From a virus (Duplodnaviria; Caudoviricetes): a stretch of 55,099 bases of DNA. Each line of letters opens with the position of its first letter. Position 1 is the first letter of the stretch. The notes below the pieces were generated by a model. That model was given only the letters and a program-made list of their open reading frames with translations, was not told the DNA's origin and searched no databases. This document shows positions 48,301 through 55,099 of this stretch, piece by piece. Position numbers and translations under genes: made by a program. The stretch is taken from IMG/VR virus record IMGVR_UViG_3300025543_000032, positions 1-55,099 of that record. One strand, given 5' to 3'.

Positions 48301-51300
48301 TCTACCATTAATAGTAGACACAACAGCTTTACCATTTTTATCTACAATAGGATTAGCAGCAAGTAATAGCTTTATAGCTGCATTTGCTTTTCTAAAGCTA
48401 TCTATCTTAGTAGCATCAAACTTATTGCTCTCTTTAATTCTATCTTCATTACTAAGTTGTATCTCATCATTTTCATCAAACTCAACGTTGTATGCTTTAA
48501 TATACTCCTTATGTTTTTCTGTAAGTCTTGGCCAATCAACAACAATATCTTTTTCTAGCTGACGATTCTGTGCAACTATAGCTAAAAGTCTTTCCTTTTG
48601 TTCTTTTGAAAGATTTTCTGTTTTATCAATAATATTATTAATAGCTATCTCTTTACTTCTAACAGTACCTAATACTCTAGGAAGAAGTTTTTCATAGAAA
48701 TCTTTCTGATTAAGGTTATCTACTATTGTAAACAAACTTTTGTCTGTCTTAATAAAATCATTCAGCATTAAGAATGTCATCTCCTGAACAGTGTCTGATG
48801 TTTGTCTGTCACTTAATGTCTTAAGTCTAAACTCAGAGTCTGATGTAGCAAATGCATCCTCTATATCTATAATACCCTCTTGGGCCATAGAAAGCTGTGT
48901 AGCATATGGCATACGTTTTTTGTAATACCCACTACCTATACGCTTGAATAACTCATCTGTAAAGCTCTCTGCTTTATTCCCAAGTAGAGCATTCTCAATA
49001 AATCTTTTAAGATCTCTAAAGAGTTTAGCAATTCTAGCACCAAATCCTTTAACACCTTGTTTCTTTTGTACAAAGTCTCTAAACTGTTCTGCAAGCTCTT
49101 CTTTAATTTGAGCTGGTGTAGCTTCAGAGTATTTAACTTTTTGACCTGTAGGTCTATCTATAAATGTTCCTTTACGTGCTTTAAACTCATTAATTATATT
49201 AGCTTGTTCTTCAGCACCTGTAAACATTTTCCATACAGCTTCAAATACCTCATGGTATGCTGTACCAGTTTCTGCATTCTCATATACATAAATAGCACCA
49301 TCCTTAAACATACCCCAAGCTTGTCTACCATTAGTAGCTTGAATAATGTTCTTCACTCTAAATACAGGAACGTTAGGAAAGTTTTTCTTTAACCAAGATT
49401 CTACATCTGTCCAGTTTTCTGGTTCAAACATATCAATCTCTTGGTTAATCTTAACACGTAAGTCTTCTGAATTAGCATCAGAGATTGCTTGATTTATTTG
49501 ATCTTCTAAGCTATCTATCTTTTGTTGAGCTTCAGTTTGTTGAGCAGGTGTTCCTATTGCATCCTCACCAATAGTAAATGTTGGCATTCCACTATCATCA
49601 GTTGTTTCTACACTAGTTTGTTGTGCTGGTTGAGTAGGAGCTGCAGGTGCAACCTCTCCACCTATAGTAAATGTTGGCATTCCACTTTTATCTGTCTGCT
49701 CTTTGTATGCAGACTGTGCTCTAACTTCTGTTAGTTGTGGAGCAATTGCATTATATATAGTTTGTTTGATTTGCTGTTGAGGATCTTTCCCAGACTTCTT
49801 TATAGTTTCTACAACAGTTGTTAAATCACCACCCTGTAATATTTGAATCTTCTCTTCATAGTTTTCAAGTGTTGCACTTTCAAAAGCTCTAAAGTTAATC
49901 TTTGCACCATTTGGAGAAGTGTATGTATTAGTTGTTTTACCATCAAGTGTATAACTTATAGCTTTACGAAGAGGTATGTTTGTAGCTTGTGTTGCTGGTT
50001 CTGGTATTTCAAACTCATCAGTTGTGTTTGTTACATAGAAATATACACCCACTCTATTAAACTCACCATCTTTCTTTTCCTTGAGGTTAGTATAAAGAGG
50101 AAGTTCAAAACCTTCTCTTGTAGATCCATCAGGATTCTTGTTAGATAAAAGATAGCTTTGATAATTAGGCCATGTGATAGACTCAATCTCTCCTTCTGGA
50201 GATATAGATGTTATCTGCTCAAATGATTTATTAACATCCTTTGTTTTGTACGCAGTGACATTATTATATATGTTCTCTAGCTCATTAATAATAAGTTCTC
50301 TGTTAGCTTCTAATGAGATAGGAGTGAATCCAAATCTTCTACCCTTAGATCCTATAATTAAATCAGTTCTTGTAAAAGACACTGGACCTTCTTCAAGTTT
50401 AACTTTTTCAAAGAACACACTGTTATTACCAGCATCTTTTCTATTACCTTGTTGGTCAGTTGGTACACCCCAATATGTTACACCTTTTAAAAACTCAAGA
50501 GCACGTATAGAACTATCACTAGTTACACCTTCGTTAGGATTGATTAAGTTCTTAGCCACTTTTAATATAGCATCATATATTGCTGTAGCTTCTTTTTTTG
50601 TATGTAGTCTATTTCTAAGTCTTACATATCCAGTTGGTGTATCTAAGAATACAGATCCAAGTGGTGTGTTATATGTAGTGGTTCCTTTGCTAATGTTTGT
50701 GTTAGTTGTAGGTACATATAATACTAAATCTCTTTCTAAACCATCTTGGTCAACAAGGCCTGCATCTTCTACAGATGTTCTAGCATTATCATCAGTTTGA
50801 GGAATACCAAAAGATGCTTCTATCTCTTGTGGTACACCTAGTGCTGTTTGCTCTAGAATGTTATCTCTTCGTTTTTTATATTCTTTATTAATTGCATCTT
50901 TTACATTTTCAGCTGTTCCCTCTCTATACATTGAACCATCTCTAAATCCAGGTTCAGGCATAGTTTGGTAGATAGCATTGTCTAATAAAGGAGCCCCTTC
51001 TGGTATAGGTTGTCCGTCTACACCAACTAGTTCACTATTCTCATTAACCATCACCATAACAATCGTTGAGTCTTTAAATTTCTCAATAAGTGTAGGATCA
51101 TTATCAAGTATTTGCTCAATTACACCTGGTAATTTAAGATCTTGTGTATTAGATGTAAGAAATAAACCACGTATGTTATCTCTATTCTCAAATGTATCTA
51201 GGTCTAATCCAAATTGATTAGCTCTAATCTCATCAGGTTTAAGTTCTCCATCTGTCTTTCTAGTATCTCTAAATGTTGTAGCTCTGTATATAATTTCAGG

Positions 51301-54300
51301 TGACTTCTTAGATTGAGATTCAAAAGAACTAGTTTTAGAAAAGTCTGTAGGTGCTGACTTATCAGCTGTTGCTATAACCTTACTAAGTCTGAGTTTAAGT
51401 TCAGCCTCTTGTGTTTTTTGAGCAATAAACTCATCCATGATAGATTGAAATCTATCTGTAATAATCTTTCTAGCTTTATACTCAGTTCTTAAGTCAGCTA
51501 AGTCTTTCTCTATTTGTTTTACATCATTAATAGATTCTAAAAGACCTGCTTCATCTACAGTTCCTTCTTTTGACAAGTCAACAGTAAGTGCAAAGTTGGC
51601 CATCTCTTGTTTTAAAAGAGGCCATGTTTCTAGTAAGTTTTCTCCAGACACCACTTGATCTAATAAGTCACTTAGATACTGTGAGTAATCTTGATCAACT
51701 ATATATGTTTGCTTAAGTGTTTTTCTAAATAACTTAGCTGCTGACTTAATAGTTTTTTCTGTACTCTTTAAGAGTTTCTTAGCTGCAGACAGAGCATTGT
51801 TTAAACTTTTACCATTGTCAACTAATAATGCTACTTGGCTTTTAAGTTCTCTTAAAAACTCCCCACTGTCTTCAGGAGCATCAGTAATTTGATTAGCAAA
51901 GTCTTGGAAGTAGGATATGTTAAGTTCAAGTTCTTCTTTCTGAGCGTTTAAGTTATCTATCTCAGCTTCTATATCAGCTTGCATAGATGTAAGATTATTA
52001 AGTGCTTTTGTAAACACTTTTGTAGCCTTTGAGAAGTTGAGCTTAATTTTAGGACCAGTTGGACCAGCCTCTTTCATCTTAGCTATATTCTCTAAGTCTT
52101 CTTTTACCTTAGCTAATTTCTCAGTTTGTTGTGCAAGCTTTTTATTTGTTTCTTCTAAACTCTCTTTAGACTCTTCACCTAATTGTGAAAGCACCTCAAG
52201 TCTAGCCTCTCTATTCTTAGCAAGTGTAGCTTTTTGTGCAGCTAGTTCTGATGGGGACATAAATCCTTCTCTAGAATCTTTCTGCTGTTGGTTCTCTACA
52301 GATCCCACCTTAGATATTCTAGGTTTATCAAAACCTTCTTGTGGAACAAAGAATGAGTTGTCTAGTTGTTTTCTTTTTATGTTACTATTTGAAACTTTAG
52401 TTTTAGCTTTAGGTGCAGCCTTTTTATATGTAGTTAATTCTTTTTTTAATTTAACTTCAGCACCAGGTTTTGTAAAGTTTGCATCATCATATTCTTTAAG
52501 AGCTTTTTTTGCTGCATCATATCTACCTCTAGTACCTTCTAAATCTTTTGGGTCCAGAGCATTTTCTGCATCTTCAAGCTCCTGTAATAGTATATCTCTT
52601 TCTTCTGTAGTTCCTGTACCTACTAGTACATGATATTTTGCTTTTTCTACTTGCTTACCATCTACTAATCTTCCAGGTTTAATAACATAGTTTACAATTA
52701 TGGTTCCTTTTGGAACACTATCACTTTCTTTTTGGATTCCAAATTCTACATTTTCATTTTCAGATATTTCTCTACCAATCTCATTATCAATAATGTATCC
52801 ATCAGCCTCAACTTCTTTCTTTGCATTATTAAACCAAGCCATGTCCTCTTCATTGACTGATTCATCAGTATGGTGAGCATTGTTTAGAAATGTTATTAGA
52901 GCTTCAGCTTTCTCAGCACCTGTTTTTGCATTAGCAAACATTGACTTAGCCCTATTGATTCTTTTTTCTAATTTTGAAACTTTTTGTTTAACATCAGCTT
53001 GTGTTGTTTCAACCTTAGTAGTTTTGTCAGATCCTTTAGTTTTATATACAAAATAAAGTTTACCATCTTGATATTCAAGTCTACCTTTTCTTCTTCCACC
53101 AAAGTTTTTACCAAAGTTAAATTCAAAGATTTCGTTTCTATGGTTGTAATAATAATTAGCTGTCTTGTTATTCTGTAAGGTGCTAGTTTTACCTATCTTA
53201 AAGTTTTCAAGTACATCTGCAGAAACATTCTTTACCTCACCATTTTCAGTTTTTATTTCTAATGTTCCATCTTCATTTACCTTCTGTACTACAAATTGAG
53301 AAATAGGTACAGGAGCATCTAAAGGATCTTTAGCATAATCTACACCCTTACCAACAAAGTATGGAGTGTTTAGTTCAACCTCTTTATCTCCTTGTTTAGT
53401 TTTAACTGTAACAGTTTCAACAGGACCTGTTACAGGAGCATCTTCCTCTATTGGAGCTTCTGAGAAGTTACTAGGGTTTTCTTTTATATCTTGGTAAGCT
53501 TTTAAGAATGATTGTCTTCTTAGTGCAAGTTCTGATACATCTTCTAATGATTGACCAAGTGTTTCTTTTTGATCGTCAAGAATATCCATCTCTTGAATAG
53601 ATGCAACAGCTTCGTTAAATGCTTCTGAGTTACCAGCCACAAGTTGTTCTATAACCTCAGAAGTATTAATACCTGCAGATGTAAGAGGACCCACCATGTC
53701 TAGTATCCTTTGATCATAATCTGCCACTTTAGTAGCAGCATATAACATCTTATTAATTACATCATTACTGTATATAGGTTTTCCATTTTCATCCACCTGT
53801 CCTGAATAACGTAAGTTAAGTGATTGCCATAGAGACTTTACATTATCTGCGGTTTGTTCAAAGCGACCAAGTCTTTCTAAGTATGCCTCTTTTGTATCAC
53901 TTTCAAGAGCTTTACCTTCAGATTGCAGTTGTGCAAAACCTTCTTCTGTACTTGCTAGTTTTTTATATTCGTTTATGTCAGCTTTTACTAAATCATATCT
54001 ACCATACTTAATTCTAGGTGTAAGATAATTAGCAATGTAATCAGCTTCTAAATCTTTACTATTTAAAATATCACCATTCTTAACAGCTTGTTCTCTTTCT
54101 TCTTGTAATACTGTTCCTCTATTTACAGCATCAATAGTTTCTTTTGTAAAGTCTGATAGGTTAGCGTTATTAAGATCTTTAAGTGCTTGAGCTGTATTTT
54201 TTCTTCTTGCTCTGTCTTGTCTAAACCTACCTCTTCCTAACATTATAGATCCAGAAATTCCACCAATAAGAGCATTCTTAGCACCTTCATTACTAAATGC

Positions 54301-55098
54301 ACCATCTGTAATACCTACACCAATAGAATTTAACCAACTAGTAGCTTCACCATTACGTGCTTTATTATAATAGTCTTGTGTAGCCACTGTAGCGGAATAT
54401 TGACTTACTTCTTCAAATGCTTCTGATACAGAAAATGTGTAAGGTCTTATTTTGTTTAATCTAGAAAGAGCTGGGTATTTTGCTTTTGGTTTTATATACT
54501 TACCACCTTCATAAACAATATCATCTATCTCTCTAACAATTCCATTAACTATTCCTTTCTCTGCTTTGTATGTACTTCCTAGTATTTTTGGAAATTGTAC
54601 ATAGTTAGTTGCTGTAAGAATTCCAACATTAGCAAAGAACGTAGCATTACCTGATGCTTCTACAGCAGTGTTAATAGACTCAAGTGCTGCACCTGTTGGT
54701 TCTACACCATATTCTGCTATATGTTCATCAATTAGTTCTTTTCTAAATTCATTACTACTATGTAAAGCCTCTATACCAGCTTCACCAGTTGTAGATAATC
54801 CAGCAACAACAGCTCTACCTGCAGGGTTAAGTGTGTTATAGTTAGAAAGAAACTTATCAGACAGTGCTCTCACCTTACCATATGTATCAGCAACTTTATT
54901 TGCACCTGCTAATCCTGCTTCTGTTGCAGCAAGTGTTTCTGCAGATTTACCAACAGAAAATAATCTAGAACTATATGGAAGAGCTTTTAATGCATTAGTA
55001 TAAACACCTCCTGATAAAGCAGCACCAGCAGCAAATCCTAAGTTCTTTACAACACCATCCCATAAAAAGTTACCTGTAGCCCAATAGGTAGGAGAATA
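42385..55098 (-). CDS. giant virion RNA polymerase polyprotein (crAss-like, phi14:2 gp66 type), 5'-truncated, >4230 aa
   Basis: FRIPTQ and GSDFDIDKL (~45043-45069), ETDGGG, zincin-like YHEVFEAV (~49240-49260). The frame stays open to the window edge. Confidence 0.88.
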   Translation of the reverse strand, partial: YSPTYWATGNFLWDGVVKNLGFAAGAALSGGVYTNALKALPYSSRLFSVGKSAETLAATEAGLAGANKVADTYGKVRALSDKFLSNYNTLNPAGRAVVAGLSTTGEAGIEALHSSNEFRKELIDEHIAEYGVEPTGAALESINTAVEASGNATFFANVGILTATNYVQFPKILGSTYKAEKGIVNGIVREIDDIVYEGGKYIKPKAKYPALSRLNKIRPYTFSVSEAFEEVSQYSATVATQDYYNKARNGEATSWLNSIGVGITDGAFSNEGAKNALIGGISGSIMLGRGRFRQDRARRKNTAQALKDLNNANLSDFTKETIDAVNRGTVLQEEREQAVKNGDILNSKDLEADYIANYLTPRIKYGRYDLVKADINEYKKLASTEEGFAQLQSEGKALESDTKEAYLERLGRFEQTADNVKSLWQSLNLRYSGQVDENGKPIYSNDVINKMLYAATKVADYDQRILDMVGPLTSAGINTSEVIEQLVAGNSEAFNEAVASIQEMDILDDQKETLGQSLEDVSELALRRQSFLKAYQDIKENPSNFSEAPIEEDAPVTGPVETVTVKTKQGDKEVELNTPYFVGKGVDYAKDPLDAPVPISQFVVQKVNEDGTLEIKTENGEVKNVSADVLENFKIGKTSTLQNNKTANYYYNHRNEIFEFNFGKNFGGRRKGRLEYQDGKLYFVYKTKGSDKTTKVETTQADVKQKVSKLEKRINRAKSMFANAKTGAEKAEALITFLNNAHHTDESVNEEDMAWFNNAKKEVEADGYIIDNEIGREISENENVEFGIQKESDSVPKGTIIVNYVIKPGRLVDGKQVEKAKYHVLVGTGTTEERDILLQELEDAENALDPKDLEGTRGRYDAAKKALKEYDDANFTKPGAEVKLKKELTTYKKAAPKAKTKVSNSNIKRKQLDNSFFVPQEGFDKPRISKVGSVENQQQKDSREGFMSPSELAAQKATLAKNREARLEVLSQLGEESKESLEETNKKLAQQTEKLAKVKEDLENIAKMKEAGPTGPKIKLNFSKATKVFTKALNNLTSMQADIEAEIDNLNAQKEELELNISYFQDFANQITDAPEDSGEFLRELKSQVALLVDNGKSLNNALSAAKKLLKSTEKTIKSAAKLFRKTLKQTYIVDQDYSQYLSDLLDQVVSGENLLETWPLLKQEMANFALTVDLSKEGTVDEAGLLESINDVKQIEKDLADLRTEYKARKIITDRFQSIMDEFIAQKTQEAELKLRLSKVIATADKSAPTDFSKTSSFESQSKKSPEIIYRATTFRDTRKTDGELKPDEIRANQFGLDLDTFENRDNIRGLFLTSNTQDLKLPGVIEQILDNDPTLIEKFKDSTIVMVMVNENSELVGVDGQPIPEGAPLLDNAIYQTMPEPGFRDGSMYREGTAENVKDAINKEYKKRRDNILEQTALGVPQEIEASFGIPQTDDNARTSVEDAGLVDQDGLERDLVLYVPTTNTNISKGTTTYNTPLGSVFLDTPTGYVRLRNRLHTKKEATAIYDAILKVAKNLINPNEGVTSDSSIRALEFLKGVTYWGVPTDQQGNRKDAGNNSVFFEKVKLEEGPVSFTRTDLIIGSKGRRFGFTPISLEANRELIINELENIYNNVTAYKTKDVNKSFEQITSISPEGEIESITWPNYQSYLLSNKNPDGSTREGFELPLYTNLKEKKDGEFNRVGVYFYVTNTTDEFEIPEPATQATNIPLRKAISYTLDGKTTNTYTSPNGAKINFRAFESATLENYEEKIQILQGGDLTTVVETIKKSGKDPQQQIKQTIYNAIAPQLTEVRAQSAYKEQTDKSGMPTFTIGGEVAPAAPTQPAQQTSVETTDDSGMPTFTIGEDAIGTPAQQTEAQQKIDSLEDQINQAISDANSEDLRVKINQEIDMFEPENWTDVESWLKKNFPNVPVFRVKNIIQATNGRQAWGMFKDGAIYVYENAETGTAYHEVFEAVWKMFTGAEEQANIINEFKARKGTFIDRPTGQKVKYSEATPAQIKEELAEQFRDFVQKKQGVKGFGARIAKLFRDLKRFIENALLGNKAESFTDELFKRIGSGYYKKRMPYATQLSMAQEGIIDIEDAFATSDSEFRLKTLSDRQTSDTVQEMTFLMLNDFIKTDKSLFTIVDNLNQKDFYEKLLPRVLGTVRSKEIAINNIIDKTENLSKEQKERLLAIVAQNRQLEKDIVVDWPRLTEKHKEYIKAYNVEFDENDEIQLSNEDRIKESNKFDATKIDSFRKANAAIKLLLAANPIVDKNGKAVVSTINGRLLNPVSKMYITLMNKLHTSTSPDDMLNRLADMAVSDATYRTLYKRLTGNDFSDGDVDFKNIKSTNKMDLITGMWKTFKKQASDVKNIFIFSNGEVAVGDATLSSGANQLRNEYVRSIAVLSKSGKSYFTYNEKKGSYTPNKKKLGKVTLRLPRDYTKFLSTLGIQFSGEEYNKLGKNTQNFKTIVEGIKESIEKTDEVKTFSAVSLDINKRLLQLAELKTAVSNPEFSSTYFNLQGERVQTFLGVNAASELHNTLDNINNINELAGTQYEYLLKDVFTQGSTIISRMFDSKTGKKRSGANNLLKGGYVGGIIDETKGRITPSARLTQKQRIVQELNLNKEGYYLNLVPGDAGMEHMLYMGNVISANDIARGLVDVNQVFKGYFLSELELSKKDRPVVKGRDSKDLRFFKGILGDSLHNKIITADKTSEEVYAMYKDEINQAISSYIQSDISRMQEYLTRYGILIKNETGNKFILENVGSRKEFDPRELTREMAAMSINYMIANIEVHKVLYSDPYQYKDELKRTKSFLSPRQALFNNSPKANTTLNKVWNEGFEKGDIGYTNFTQDYMRTASHQDVVGVIDLPNYESFKETDGGGIISFKAYRNFRIRAGEWNDNEEKQYRYDIAYEKRDKKAYEKRDKKITLSKDEVALLKEGNPAVQSAYVSLKPIVSGAKLGYTYNNVVLDKYALYPLSYRVMKELDAGNGVKLYNKMQDENIDYIVFDSGRKVGAENSHATYVESTQQTGEGIAVFNDAEYKSVVDVPFSIMSLQSDVPSKEAALVTRGSQTTKLITMDYMDNGVPFDYKDSLDSWIKLSPEQKIAKSPIYKEIANNQRLLEEMTNEGYQMMLKRLGIKEQDGELVVEDFSEAAKTIRDEVFRRETNDNISDAVSAFSEGEAVLEATPAYQQVRNILYSIVDKQIVRPKISGGQKVQIPSALFESNRIAKTKINGKEGYTSDVLGFYSLTKDGKEVKFLEDNKNGTYKVLNTETGKEENIPVNDLKTTTMEIMVGRWFQSNMSDAELLEYLNNTEEGQKILSGLAFRIPTQKQNSIDAIRIKKFLPKEFGDNVVVPAAIVKKVGSDFDIDKLSVYLKNVFYEDGKLKLVSFYGFGQQAKDKFAAMFDSGKLFNKDQQKQLKDLQELKGYELTGMLDLAKDEKAGVLFETLGVSQDEDALTTLVEELKKDGVRDAVVNRMYKQSLENEFIQSSENLVTHPANFERLTTPNSAEQLKGISKTIVEKVIGKEFDYTNIDNMLDRRFMSRLRQAFVAGKQAIGIAAVQQTIHSLLQRSPVFIDSDKLKNVDYQDQKYLGDGKITFQKYNKVTIDGQEYPSLSGVYNAAGQLISDILGQFIDGYVDISKGPWIMEMGATPNVAATFMFLTHLGVPIDTIAYFMNQPIIRDYLQSVENAGYKFLFIDDFINQTIEEYGGLTEAQEKKLPTQIPSKASLLNSLGKTEFTDKENLEQVFMLQEFLKYAKMANQLYTVTQGTNWDTSRFNDSLLVFKKNEQFNKAKDSILSSKNVDGETVPAAEAILSNSFIRNQASKLNDSVEALSNFILSDRGNVGNVIRKVLKPYTSLPDRKFISVGRKAVNDLFDWAVQTDQGLNLQIQQTLLSDKGVASEVVSFIDEVKKDVEHALYYNHVIDLLQVQPSRLGGETTPSNVSLKNTDSKAYDQNNIIYAFRDLRDHLKDKTNLYDKIVTLAILQSGLSSSPISFTSLIPYEDFARIYNKTLPKIENLSNLDDFYELGIFQRNNWNNDDIVPNKELYLRFGEYGPFYPSLGFSGYNNLKNAMRANEIPQLVTGNDFNKEYQVFTWTNYEISREERNRMRKQGDYSYRNKGLFKIVKDVDGDPIFTEDKKGRRYPIYKAINAFGDSFRANEFYSEAKQSIIDNGMMKVDEVTDGQIVAVYENTTQTSKYNKAITGPLEITVTKDRIIVNGRMFAKSIITAESLKNSGFTDEQAGEIINKKCKG
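46381..46428. repeat. perfect 24-nt tandem duplication (AYEKRDKK x2)
   Basis: TTTCTTATCACGCTTTTCATAAGC occurs twice in tandem. Confidence 0.9.
49571..49686. repeat. 23-nt direct repeat (SGMPTFTI x2) flanking a TQP linker
   Basis: ATAGTAAATGTTGGCATTCCACT at 49571-49593 and 49664-49686. Confidence 0.85.
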
Positions 55099-55099
55099 C

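Noticed and set aside
36045-54011. Plus-strand ORFs of 60-210 aa inside the two giant genes
   Set aside because: They are Ser/Leu/Phe-rich antisense shadows with no recognisable motifs.
1-55099. Alternative genetic code (TAG or TGA reassignment as in some crAss-like phages)
   Set aside because: Genes including the 6-kb and 12-kb ORFs are intact in code 11, and TAG/TGA act as normal stops at tight gene junctions.

Overview
This is a 55-kb internal fragment of an AT-rich, lytic crAss-like (Crassvirales-type) phage genome, most likely infecting Bacteroidota/Flavobacteriia. Support: Bacteroidota TAnnTTTG promoters, SD-less A-rich leaders, a Flavobacterium-type class Id RNR, and a giant virion RNA polymerase with the DFDID motif. 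It reads in standard code 11. Bases 1-21.56 kb (+ strand) hold replication, recombination and nucleotide-metabolism genes: DnaB-like and SF2 helicases, AAA ATPase, SSB-like protein, primase, UDG-like protein, RIIA/RIIB, HNH, exonuclease, NrdB/NrdA, RecA, thioredoxin, GroES, and three GT2-like glycosyltransferases. Bases 21.57-55.1 kb (- strand, except one gene) hold small basic proteins, a lysis cassette, putative fibre/decoration proteins and two giant virion-packaged proteins. The most striking feature is a candidate phage-encoded protein O-glycosylation system. A three-domain glycosyltransferase ending in an Aah/TibC-type O-heptosyltransferase domain lies next to a poly-Thr protein and a 1599-aa (Gly-Thr-Ser)n collagen-like fibre. 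A GT95/GT96-like enzyme is sandwiched between two small CC-poly-Thr peptides. All family assignments come from motifs recognised by eye; no database searches were run.
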